Below are positions 10,482-19,758 of a stretch of DNA of 64,000 nucleotides, in pieces. Origin of the DNA: Dethiobacteria bacterium (GTDB lineage: Bacteria > Bacillota > Dethiobacteria > DTU022 > UBA8154); assembly GCA_050948825.1 (NCBI GenBank), contig JBMNEO010000005.1, positions 100,432-164,431 of the forward strand, read 5' to 3'. The notes beneath the pieces were generated by a model. It was not told the origin of the DNA. It did not search any database and was given only the letters and a program-made list of their open reading frames with translations. Each line of letters opens with the position of its first letter. Positions within the stretch are counted from its first letter, which is position 1. Made by a program: the position numbers and the translations under genes.

Positions 10482-10793
10482 ATATTAAAATAGTAATGGC
10501 AATGAAAGAGGAAAGTAAACTGGTATTGTATGCTACAGAGAGGCGGGGCCGCGGCTGAAAGTCCTGCCGGCTAAGCACCCGGTTGAAGTTCCCTCCGGAG
10601 CTGCAGGCTGAAACCCATTTTATTAAAGGTTACCGGTTAAGTAGGCTGTGCCGGTTTTTTCAACCGTTAAAAGCGAAACAGGAATCGGATTCTTTAAACG
10701 GAATCCCGCTCCTGACAGAGTGGGCTTATTTTGGCCAACCAGGGTGGTACCGCGGAAACGACTTTCTGTCCCTCAGGGCAGAAAGTTTTTTTT
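10482..10793 (+). promoter_or_regulatory. T-box riboswitch leader (candidate Phe specifier UUC) preceding the second DAHP synthase and pheA
   Basis: AGUA and AGAGAG Stem I elements; loop GAAGUUC (UUC at 10589-10591); T-box AACCAGGGTGGTACCGCGG at 10737-10755; terminator ctttctgtccctcagggcagaaag plus U8 at 10762-10793. Confidence 0.55.
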
Positions 10794-10857
10794 ATAAGTT
10801 TACACTTTCGCCCCTGCGATCGTGTAAACTTTTTATTTTACCTAAAAATTTCAGGGA

Positions 10858-11925
10858 GTGATAATATTGATCTTAATGATGAAACGCGAAGCGGATAAAG
10901 CGGCAGTAAACAGGGTTGAAAAGCAACTGGAGCAAATGGGCTGCCGTTCTGTGACCATCAGAAGCAGCGAAGGGGTCATTATCAGCGTAACAGGTGGAAA
11001 CAGGTCGGAAGGCCTGCGGGACCTTGCTCTGCTCCCGGAGATTGAAAGGGTTATAGATGTTACGGTTCCCTACAAACTAGCCAGCAGAGAAATTAAAAAG
11101 GAAAAAAGCGTGCTGGATCTTCAGGATGGGGTAAGCATAGGCGGCAAAGAGGTAATCATAATGGCCGGACCCTGTGCCGTAGAAAGCGAAAAAATGCTTT
11201 TTACTATTGCAGAGCAGGTTGCCCGCGCAGGTGCACGGGTCCTGCGCGGCGGGGCATTTAAGCCCAGGACATCCCCCTACAGCTTCCAGGGCCTGGAAGA
11301 AAAGGGGCTAAAAATCCTGGCGGAAGCCGGGAAAAGAACCGGGCTTAAGATTGTTACCGAGGTAATCAGCCCTCAGGACGTGGAACTGGTTGCCTGTTAC
11401 GCTGATATTTTGCAGGTAGGTGCCCGTAATATGCAAAATTATTCCCTGTTGCGCAGGCTGGGGAAACAGCAGAAACCGGTATTATTAAAAAGAGGCTTTT
11501 CGGCTACCATCGAAGAATGGCTTATGTCTGCGGAATACATCCTGTCAGAAGGGAATTTTAACGTTATTCTTTGTGAAAGAGGGATACGTACATTTGAAAC
11601 ATACACCCGCAACACTCTGGATATCAGCGCCGTTCCGCTTGTGAAGAATTTGAGCCATCTGCCTGTAATTGTGGATCCCAGCCACAGCAGCGGGGACAGC
11701 AAGCTTGTACCGGCACTTTCCAGGGCGGCAATCGCCTCTGGAGCCGATGGTCTCTTAATTGAAGTTCATTCGCACCCGGAAGACGCTTTCTGCGATGGCA
11801 ATCAATCCTTAAACCCCAGGGAATTTCAATTCTTGATGAATAATCTGGCAGATTTCACCAGGGTGTGTGAACGTACGCTTAAAATAAATAATCAACCCGT
11901 AAAGAGTTTCGTTAAGGCAATCTGA
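10858..11925 (+). CDS. DAHP synthase paralog (class I-beta with an N-terminal regulatory domain)
   Basis: 355 aa; …MAGPCAVESE…GARVLRGGAFKPRTSPYSFQGL…; the likely true start is TTG at 10867, 7 nt after AGGGAG. Confidence 0.85.
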   Translation: MIILILMMKREADKAAVNRVEKQLEQMGCRSVTIRSSEGVIISVTGGNRSEGLRDLALLPEIERVIDVTVPYKLASREIKKEKSVLDLQDGVSIGGKEVIIMAGPCAVESEKMLFTIAEQVARAGARVLRGGAFKPRTSPYSFQGLEEKGLKILAEAGKRTGLKIVTEVISPQDVELVACYADILQVGARNMQNYSLLRRLGKQQKPVLLKRGFSATIEEWLMSAEYILSEGNFNVILCERGIRTFETYTRNTLDISAVPLVKNLSHLPVIVDPSHSSGDSKLVPALSRAAIASGADGLLIEVHSHPEDAFCDGNQSLNPREFQFLMNNLADFTRVCERTLKINNQPVKSFVKAI

Positions 11926-12026
11926 CCGGTTGATTGATCCGGCACCTGATATACTTGCCGGGGATATATACTACCGGCAATGTAAAATAAATATCATAAA
12001 AAGGTTATGCAGGGGATGATGCTAAC

Positions 12027-12860
12027 ATGAGCAAAATACTGGGTTTCCTGGGCCCCCCGGGAACGTTTACAGAAGAAGCATCCATAAAATATGCCAGGGA
12101 TAAGGATTTATTGCTTAAATCCTTCCCTGTTCTTGATCAAGTGTTTAGCGCTGTTATGCGCAAAGAAATAGAATATGGGGTAGTACCTGTAGAAAACTCG
12201 CTGGAGGGATCTGTCAGCCTTACCCACGATCTTCTTTCCAATTCCCAGGTGAAAATACAAGGCGAGCTGCTTATCCGGGTAAGGCAATTCCTCCTGGCAC
12301 GTCCGGGTCAAAAACCTGCCCAGATTCGAGAAATCTGTTCCCATCCGCAAGCCCTGGCCCAGTGCCGCTTATACCTGGATAAAAATTATCCCGGAAAGCC
12401 GCGGATTAATATCTCAAGCACAGCCGGGGCCGCTGCTATGGCGGCGCAAAATGACGGTAAAGCTGCGATAGCTTCTTTACGTGCAGCGGAGCTGTACGGC
12501 CTTGAAATACTCCAGGGCAACATCCAGGATGACCAATCCAATATCACCCGTTTTCTTTTACTTGCCCTGGACGATGCGCACCCTACAGGAAAAGATAAAA
12601 CGTCCTTACTGGTCGGGCTGCCCGACAAACCGGGAACCCTTTATTCAATACTAGGCATTTTTGCTCGTTACAGCATTAACCTGACAAAGATCGAATCCCG
12701 TCCCATCAAGGGCAAGTTAGGAAAATATATATTTTTTCTGGATTTTGTTGGGCACCGGAAGGATAATACAGTAGCCCGGGCTCTGTTGGAAGCGGAAAAA
12801 CAGGCGGTATTTTTAAAAATACTGGGAAGTTACCCGCGTGCGGAAAAAGCCGGTTGCTGA
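12027..12860 (+). CDS. pheA: Prephenate dehydratase (PDT catalytic domain plus C-terminal ACT domain)
   Basis: 277 aa; MSKILGFLGPPGTFTEEAS…; C-terminal ACT-like TSLLVGLPDKPGTLYSILGIFARYSINLTKIESRP. Confidence 0.85.
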   Translation: MSKILGFLGPPGTFTEEASIKYARDKDLLLKSFPVLDQVFSAVMRKEIEYGVVPVENSLEGSVSLTHDLLSNSQVKIQGELLIRVRQFLLARPGQKPAQIREICSHPQALAQCRLYLDKNYPGKPRINISSTAGAAAMAAQNDGKAAIASLRAAELYGLEILQGNIQDDQSNITRFLLLALDDAHPTGKDKTSLLVGLPDKPGTLYSILGIFARYSINLTKIESRPIKGKLGKYIFFLDFVGHRKDNTVARALLEAEKQAVFLKILGSYPRAEKAGC

Positions 12861-12961
12861 GGAAAAAAGTGAGGGACAAAGAAGCACTCCTTTTTAAGAA
12901 ATGCTTCTTCTCCTTTTAGCACATATTTGCAAACAGTTCATTATAAGAGATTGGCCCGGTT

Positions 12962-14467
12962 TTATAAGATGATCACTATTAAACCTCCGCTACCCTCATT
13001 GATTACTTTTTCAAGGGTTTGTTGGAGTTTTTGCTGGGCATTCAAGGGCATATTGCTCAGTTTTCCGGAAATACCGTCTTTGACCAGTTCATAAAGCGAT
13101 TTTCCAAAGATATTGGATTCCCATAGTTTTTCGGGGTTTTCGGCGAACTCCTCCATCAGGTAATTGACCAGCTCTTCGCTTTGTTTTTCAGTGCCTACAA
13201 TTGGTGTAAATTCTGATTTAATATCCACGCGGACCATGTGCAACGAGGGAGCGCTTGCCTGAAGCCGAACTCCAAAGCGGCTTCCCTGCCGGATAATTTC
13301 CGGTTCTTCAAGGGTAATCTCCTCCAGGAAGGGCGGCACAATGCCATAGCCTTTTTCTTTTACTTCTTCAAGTGCATATGCCAGTTTGGAATACTCTTTA
13401 CTGGCATGGGAAAATTCCTTTAATATTTTTAGGAGATCTGCTTCATCTTCAATTTCAACTCCACAAATGTCGGATAAAATTTTATCATATAGACTTTGCG
13501 GTGCGGTAATTTCAATAAAGGCACAACCGCTGCCAAGCTCTATATTGCTGATGATTACATCTTCTATAAGATCGTTATTTTTCAATTCCGCTATGGAATT
13601 TTCGATATCACGCAGGCGCTCCGCACTGAGGATATGTTCACGTATAGCCTTTGTATATTCTTCTGCAACCCAGTGGGACGGCTCCAGCACCTCTACCCAT
13701 GAGGGTAAATTTATGCTGATCTCCTGAACAGGGAATTCGTAGAGTACTTCTTTAAATAGCAAGTTGATATCGCTTTCCTTCAGCTCCAGACAGTTTAAAG
13801 GAACTACCGGCACCTCATATTTCATCGCCAGTTCGTCTTTAAGCTGCAATGTATTCTGTGAAAAAGGGTTTGCCGAATTAAGGATGACCACAAAGGGTTT
13901 CCCAATCTCCTTTAGTTCCCCAATCACTCTTTTTTCTGAATCCACATAGCTTCCACGGGGAATATCCGTAATCGTACCATCTGTAGTAACGACAATCCCG
14001 ATGGTGGAGTGCTCCTGGATTACCTTACGCGTTCCCATCTCCGCGGCTTCTTCAAAAGGAATAGGATCATCAAACCAGGGAGTAGACACCATTCTTTGGT
14101 TTCCCTGGTCATCATAACCCAATGCCCCTTCGACCGAATAACCTACACAATCTACCAGCCTGACGCGCATAGAGATATTTTCTGCCACATTTATTTCTAT
14201 AGCATCATCGGGAATAAACTTTGGCTCTGTAGTCATAATGGTCCTTCCGGCACTGCCCTGCGGCAACTCATCCTTTGTTCTTTCCAGCACATGAGGGTTA
14301 TCAATATTGGGGAGAACGAGTATTTCCATAAATTTTTTAATAAAGGTTGATTTACCCGTCCTTACAGGGCCTACAACTCCTAAATAAATATCCCCTCCCG
14401 TTCGCTCAACAATATCCTGAAAAAGGTCGAACTTCACAATTTCTCCCCTCCTTTTGGTTTCAGGCAT
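12962..14467 (-). CDS. spoIVA: Stage IV sporulation protein A (spore coat morphogenetic ATPase)
   Basis: 501 aa; FQDIVERTGGDIYLGVVGPVRTGKSTFIKKFMEILVLPNI matches the SpoIVA N-terminus almost exactly. Confidence 0.9.
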   Translation of the reverse strand: MPETKRRGEIVKFDLFQDIVERTGGDIYLGVVGPVRTGKSTFIKKFMEILVLPNIDNPHVLERTKDELPQGSAGRTIMTTEPKFIPDDAIEINVAENISMRVRLVDCVGYSVEGALGYDDQGNQRMVSTPWFDDPIPFEEAAEMGTRKVIQEHSTIGIVVTTDGTITDIPRGSYVDSEKRVIGELKEIGKPFVVILNSANPFSQNTLQLKDELAMKYEVPVVPLNCLELKESDINLLFKEVLYEFPVQEISINLPSWVEVLEPSHWVAEEYTKAIREHILSAERLRDIENSIAELKNNDLIEDVIISNIELGSGCAFIEITAPQSLYDKILSDICGVEIEDEADLLKILKEFSHASKEYSKLAYALEEVKEKGYGIVPPFLEEITLEEPEIIRQGSRFGVRLQASAPSLHMVRVDIKSEFTPIVGTEKQSEELVNYLMEEFAENPEKLWESNIFGKSLYELVKDGISGKLSNMPLNAQQKLQQTLEKVINEGSGGLIVIIL

Positions 14468-14504
14468 GTTATAACTAAAAATGTTTTAACGTTATATTTA
14501 TATG

Positions 14505-14542
14505 AAGATAAAAGGACAATATTACCTAAAATAAAGAAAAAA
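14505..14542 (-). promoter_or_regulatory. Candidate sigma-E-type promoter for spoIVA
   Basis: Minus strand: tAATATT, 13 nt, CATATAAAT (compare sigma-E -35 ATATT and -10 CATACA-T). Confidence 0.3.
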
Positions 14543-14700
14543 GCTGTCTTGTAAAAAGACAACCTTTAAATAGAAAATAAATGCTGCAAAGCACTTCACT
14601 TGTTTCACTTGCTTCACTTATGGTTAAGATGGATCATGATAATGCTAAAATAACGATGCAGGGTATATATATGGTTCTAACCGTGATACCCTTTTATTAC

Positions 14701-15717
14701 CTAATCGAAGGCCACCTCCTCAATTTCGCGTGTTTTATCCCTGCGCATCAAGCTTTCCACTGCATCCTGAGGCTTAACGCCCAGAAATAAAACTCTGTAT
14801 ACTTCATCAGTAATAGGCATTTCAACCCCGAGTTTTTGCGCCAGCAGATATGCTGCTTTTGTTGTTTTGATGCCTTCTGCAACCATTTTCATTGAAGATA
14901 TTATCTCTTCCATAGATTTTCCCTTACCGAGCATCATTCCTACGTAACGGTTTCTGCTATGGAGGCTTGTACACGTTACAAAGAGATCTCCTATCCCCGT
15001 AAGCCCGCTGAAAGTTCCGCGCTTTGCACCCAGGGCAAGACCAAGGCGGGTTATCTCCACTATTCCCCGCGTTATGAGTGCTGCCTTGGTATTATCGCCA
15101 TAGTTCATTCCTTCACAGACGCCGGCTCCTATAGCAATTACATTTTTTAAAGCGCCGCCCAGTTCAACCCCAATCATATCAGTATTGGTATAAACCCTGA
15201 AAAGAGAAGTCATAAAGATATCCTGGACAGCTTTAGCGACATTTTCTTCCTCGGCAGCCACTACTGTTGCAGTAGGAATAAACCGGCATACTTCTTCAGC
15301 ATGATTCGGACCGGATAAGACCGCAACCTTACAGGATAAATTGCCAGGAAGCCCCTCGGCTATCACCTGTGAAAGGCGCTTTAAAGACCCTTCAGCCAGC
15401 CCCTTGGCAGCGTTGACAATTATTGTACCCTCCCCGATAAAACCTCTTATCTTATTAATCAGATCCTCAACTGCATGCGAAGGGACGGCGATGACCAGCA
15501 GATCTTTCCCCTGAACCGCCTCTTCCAGATTATTGGTTAGCTTTATATTTTCAGGCAAAGAAACACCGGGCAAATAATCACTGTTTTCGCGTGTCCCGGC
15601 CATTTTTTCCAGTAAGTCCTTCCTTCGTATCCAAAGAACAACTTGAAAACCTTTAGAGCCCAGCAATATTGCCAGTGCTGTTCCCCAGCTTCCCGCTCCG
15701 ATTAATCCTATATTCAT
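14701..15717 (-). CDS. gpsA: NAD(P)H-dependent glycerol-3-phosphate dehydrogenase
   Basis: MNIGLIGAGSWGTALAILL…; the track's 544-aa ORF is an artefactual read-through from out-of-frame plsY into gpsA. Confidence 0.85.
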   Translation of the reverse strand: MNIGLIGAGSWGTALAILLGSKGFQVVLWIRRKDLLEKMAGTRENSDYLPGVSLPENIKLTNNLEEAVQGKDLLVIAVPSHAVEDLINKIRGFIGEGTIIVNAAKGLAEGSLKRLSQVIAEGLPGNLSCKVAVLSGPNHAEEVCRFIPTATVVAAEEENVAKAVQDIFMTSLFRVYTNTDMIGVELGGALKNVIAIGAGVCEGMNYGDNTKAALITRGIVEITRLGLALGAKRGTFSGLTGIGDLFVTCTSLHSRNRYVGMMLGKGKSMEEIISSMKMVAEGIKTTKAAYLLAQKLGVEMPITDEVYRVLFLGVKPQDAVESLMRRDKTREIEEVAFD

Positions 15718-15737
15718 ATCTGGAACAACCCGCCTTT

Positions 15738-16335
15738 TTAAGGAATTTTTACTTTGTCCCCCAGTTTGGATTCCCTGCCCTGTAGCAGCCTTTTTATATT
15801 CGGATAATGTCGCCATAAGAGGATAAAGCAAACGGATAACCCAAAAATAAAGTAATTCAGGGGATAGCTTAATAAATACATGGTAATAGGGATTAATATA
15901 GCTGCAACAATAGTACCAAGTGAAACGTAACGGCTGATTAGAATAATGGCGATAAAAAGGCCAGAATACTACCAGTGTTGGAATGGGTGCCAGGCCCAGG
16001 AATACTCCCAGTGTTGTTGCTGCCCCCCTGCCTCCTTTAAAAGCAAAAAACACAGGCCAGTTGTGACCGATTATTACTGCCAGGCCGCAGAGCAGAATAA
16101 CCCATGTTTCGGTTCCCAGATAAGATGATATAAGAATTGTCAGTAAACCTTTAACCGCATCAAGGATTAAGACGATGATCGCAAATTTAAATCCCATTAA
16201 TCTGGCGATATTTGTTGCTCCAGCGTTCCCGCTTCCAATTTTTCTGATATCCACCCCTTTTTGCGTTTTAGCAATTAAGTAACCAAAAGAAACAGAGCCT
16301 AATAAATAAGAAAGAATGATGAGAAGTACGGACAT
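15738..16335 (-). pseudogene. plsY: Glycerol-3-phosphate acyltransferase PlsY, interrupted by a 1-nt frameshift at about 15957-15965 (T5 homopolymer)
   Basis: N-terminal frame: MSVLL…GSGNAGATN…HNWPVFFAFKGGRGAATTLGVFLGLAPIPTLVV. The +1 frame continues LFIAIILISRYVSLG…WRHYPNIKRLLQGRESKLGDKVKIP* (canonical PlsY C-terminus) and ends at the TAA at 15738-15740. Confidence 0.7.
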
Positions 16336-16337
16336 TC

Positions 16338-17681
16338 CTATTTTTCTCCTTTCCTTTTACGGGATTTTACCAGCAATCTTAAAGGCGTACCTTTAAAATT
16401 AAAGGCTTCCCTTAAACGGTTTTCCAGATATCTCAAATAAGAAAAATGTATCAAGGAAGAATTATTCACAAAAAGAACAAAGGTGGGAGGCCTGGTCGCA
16501 GACTGTGTCCAGTAATATATGCGGCCTTTCCTTCCGCCGGAGGTTGGTAACGGATTCACACCCTGTGCTTCCGCCAGGAGGTTGTTTATTATAGAGGTGG
16601 AGATGCGCATACTGTAACTTTCGTACACTTCCCTGAAGAGGTTGAACATTCTTTTTAAACGGCGGGGTTCATACACAGAGGTGAAAATAATTGGAGCAAA
16701 GGATACAAATTTTAATTGTTTTTTAACATCATCTATTATTTCATTAACAAAGCCTTCTCTATGCCGTTCTTTTACCAGATCCCATTTATTTAAAGCAATA
16801 ATCAGGGCTTTGTTGCTCTCCAGGACATAACCGGCAATTTTTTTATCCTGTTCGGTTACCCCTTCGGGTGCTTCCAGCAGCAGTAAAACCAGATCAGCGT
16901 TTTCTATTGCTTTTAAGGAGCGTAAAACACTGTAGTACTCAACATTTTCATATACTTTGCTTTTTTTACGAATGCCGGCAGTGTCTACAAATATGTATTT
17001 GTTCCCTTCCCATTCCACCAGGGTATCGATTGCATCTCTGGTAGTTCCCGGTTTACCCGACACGATAACTCTCTCTTCACCTAACAGGGTATTAATAAGG
17101 GATGATTTGCCGACATTAGGGCGCCCAACCACAGCTACCCGTATCGCATCATCAGTCTCAATACTGCCGGCGCTCTTTGCCCTGCATGCGGGGAAAAAGG
17201 AGATAATTTTATCCAGCAGATCACCGATATTCAATCCATGGGCTGCGGAAACAGGCAGAGGGACGTCTAGGCCAAGCTTATAAAAATCTGCTGTATTCTG
17301 TTTGGCGGACTCGATCTTGTTTACTACCAGCAGCACAGGTTTCCGCTGCCTGCGAAGCATATCCGCGATTTCCTCATCAAGGGGAGTTAAGCCCTGTCTT
17401 CCATCAACAAGAAACACGATCACCGTAGCTTCTTCCAGAGCAAGCTGGGCTTGCTTTTGAACCAGTGTTTCTAATTCTTCGTTATCAGAAAGGGTAAGGC
17501 CCCCCGTGTCGACTACCAAAAATTCTTTATCCAGCCAGCTAGCCCTGCCATACAGGCGATCCCTGGTAACACCGGCCTTTTTTTCTTCGATAGCCCTTCT
17601 TCCGCCGGTGATACGGTTAAAGAGGGTAGATTTTCCAACATTGGGACGGCCTACGATAGCAACAAGCGGAACCACGGCCAA
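16338..17681 (-). CDS. der: Ribosome biogenesis GTPase Der (EngA), tandem GTP-binding domains
   Basis: 447 aa; two G domains (GRPNVGKSTLFN… and GRPNVGKSSLIN…) plus a KH-like C-terminus. Confidence 0.9.
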   Translation of the reverse strand: MAVVPLVAIVGRPNVGKSTLFNRITGGRRAIEEKKAGVTRDRLYGRASWLDKEFLVVDTGGLTLSDNEELETLVQKQAQLALEEATVIVFLVDGRQGLTPLDEEIADMLRRQRKPVLLVVNKIESAKQNTADFYKLGLDVPLPVSAAHGLNIGDLLDKIISFFPACRAKSAGSIETDDAIRVAVVGRPNVGKSSLINTLLGEERVIVSGKPGTTRDAIDTLVEWEGNKYIFVDTAGIRKKSKVYENVEYYSVLRSLKAIENADLVLLLLEAPEGVTEQDKKIAGYVLESNKALIIALNKWDLVKERHREGFVNEIIDDVKKQLKFVSFAPIIFTSVYEPRRLKRMFNLFREVYESYSMRISTSIINNLLAEAQGVNPLPTSGGRKGRIYYWTQSATRPPTFVLFVNNSSLIHFSYLRYLENRLREAFNFKGTPLRLLVKSRKRKGEK

Positions 17682-17694
17682 GATAAACCTCTCC

Positions 17695-19015
17695 TTAATA
17701 TTGGTTATTTAAATAGTTTCTGATCTCCGCCAGGTGATTTACGGGTACAATCTGAACTTCAAATTTGCCGGCAAGATCCCTCAAGGAAATATCATCCAGG
17801 AAGAGGTCAGTTCCTTCTCTAAGCATAACAGCAGGAATAAAGACAGCCTGACCAAGCTCCTTTTGTGCCAGGCCGGAAAGCAAGTCGCTCCCTGTTAACA
17901 ATCCCGTGACCGTAACATTCCCTCCCCAAAATTTGTTGGCAAGGACATGCAGGTTTGCCTTGATACCTCTGATTTTTTCTAACTCGGCCAGGAATAATTT
18001 TAAAAATGGACCCCCGGATTGACCTGTGACCAGGGAGATCTTTATTTCCCCGGGTAGAGGTGTTCACGGGAGTTTGCTTCCACTGTTCGAGTTCATTTAA
18101 AAATAGTCTTCCCAGCCCCACCCCGTTTTCCACCTGCTCGTAATGCCCGTAATGCTCATCGGAAGGTATGGGAAAACCGGAAAGAAGGTAAAATTCATCA
18201 GCGAGGTACACGAACGGGGTACCCAGGTTCCGTTTAAATTCTTCCTGCAGCTTTGAATAATGCTTTACTATGGTTACTGCATCTGCCGGCGTAATGCTTT
18301 TCAGAGCGGGGAGATCCTGTCTGTATCTGGTTAAACCGACTGGTACCAGGGCTACTGTCCTTAGAGCGGGGTAAAGTTGTGAAAGATCGCCGACCGTCTT
18401 TTGCAAATGTACACCATCATTAAGCCCGGGGCATACTACTATCTGTCCATGCATCACTATCCCCGCAGCAGCCAAGCGGGACAGTTGTTCTAGAATCCGC
18501 CCGGCAAAACGGTTTCCCATCATCTTTACGCCGGATAGTGGGATCGGTAGAATGTATGGAAATATATAGCGGAGATATGCCCCTGCGGATAATCCTCTTT
18601 ATATCCAGTTCTCCCATATTAGTCAAAGTAATATAATTGCCATGAAAAAAGGAAAGGCGATAATCATCATCTTTTTCAAATAATGAGGGCCGCAATGCGG
18701 GAGGCTGCTGGTCAACGAAAGCAAAACACGCAGTGGTTCCGGCAGCGCCTGACCGGCCCGATGGCAGGTGATATAAATTCCAGCCCCAGGTCTTCATCGT
18801 ATGCTTTAGTGACGCGGTATTCCCTGTGCATACCCTCTTTTTTGCGTATGGATAATGTTAGCATCCCGCTCTGCACAAAGATAATAATAATCGAGCAGAT
18901 CGTAAAAAGGCAGGCTGTTAATCCTGAGAAGACTATCACCTGTCTCAATACCCGCCCTGTCAGCCGGTGTTCCTTTTTTTATACCGCTAATTATGAATTT
19001 CCTGTCTCTAGGCAT
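17695..19015 (-). pseudogene. DUF512 (PDZ plus radical-SAM-like) protein gene broken by four frameshifts
   Basis: Five collinear ORF pieces rebuild one DUF512 protein: a PDZ domain (GTPADRAGIETGDSLLRINSLP); a CxxxCxxC-like motif (RRCRNHCVFCF); FFHGNYITLTN…SPLYISIHSTDPTIRRK; MMGNRFAGRILEQL…CPGLNDG; and …TGLLTGSDLL…FLDDISLRDL. The shifts lie at homopolymers near 18840 (T6), 18719 (A3), 18527 (T3) and 18050 (C4G3). Confidence 0.6.
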
Positions 19016-19048
19016 TACTGCAGTTCACCAAATAATTTTGATAAAATC

Positions 19049-19543
19049 TTAACTCATTATCCTATTTACATTCCCTTCTGTCAAGGCACTTACTTTCTCG
19101 TTTTTTACCTGTTTCACGACCTTTAAGATTTTGTTAAATGCAATCCTGCAGCCGGGAATTAAAAAAAGCCTGCCCAGAGTTTCCAGGTGCAGGCTCCTGG
19201 ATATAAAGCCCCCCACCTTCATCAATATATTGAGACAGGGAACTGTATCCACAATCATTATATCATCCGGATCAATCCCTTTAATCCTGCAGAAATTTAT
19301 TAGCGCCTGTTCAACAATATGGCCGGCGTTCTTACAACCCATAATAAATACTTCATGACCTTTTTCATCTTTGCCCATATAGAAAATCTTTCCAAAGTCT
19401 GCACCGCTCTGCCGGTCAAAATAAGGAAGCGCCAGTAGTTCTTTGCCCGCAGGTTTGCTGTCCCCGGGTAAAAGATCAAGATGAAGAGAAGCCGCCATTA
19501 CAGAAGAATGTGTGCCCCCGTAGCAGTGGTAAATAATAATCAT
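19049..19543 (-). CDS. DUF3189 family protein
   Basis: 164 aa; MIIIYHCYGGTHSS… N-terminus typical of the family; assignment from memory. Confidence 0.4.
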   Translation of the reverse strand: MIIIYHCYGGTHSSVMAASLHLDLLPGDSKPAGKELLALPYFDRQSGADFGKIFYMGKDEKGHEVFIMGCKNAGHIVEQALINFCRIKGIDPDDIMIVDTVPCLNILMKVGGFISRSLHLETLGRLFLIPGCRIAFNKILKVVKQVKNEKVSALTEGNVNRIMS

Positions 19544-19552
19544 AAGTCCCCC

Positions 19553-19741
19553 TTAGTGTCTGATGATTATATATGTTCCATTTTCAAGATCATGGACGAT
19601 GCCCTCCATTATACGCGAGAGGTAAGTAGCTACTTTGTCCTGTTCTTCTTTTGTTGAAGCATAAAAAATGGGCGCCCCACACCCGCCTACTTTCCCGGCA
19701 TCCAGAGTGATAATCGCAACAATATATTTTTCAAGCTCCAA
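19553..19741 (-). CDS. Small protein, putative capping-complex subunit for the YIEGIA protein
   Basis: 62 aa, immediately downstream of the YIEGIA gene (MELEKYIVAIITLDAGKVGGCGAPIFYA…). Confidence 0.4.
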   Translation of the reverse strand: MELEKYIVAIITLDAGKVGGCGAPIFYASTKEEQDKVATYLSRIMEGIVHDLENGTYIIIRH

Positions 19742-19758
19742 CCTTAAAAGTCCCCCTT

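Noticed and set aside
14701-16335. 544-aa ORF in the track spanning plsY and gpsA
   Set aside because: It is not a real fusion protein. The plsY N-terminal frame runs on out of frame after a 1-nt shift near 15960. The authentic PlsY C-terminus ends at the TAA at 15738-15740, and gpsA starts at its own ATG (15715-15717).
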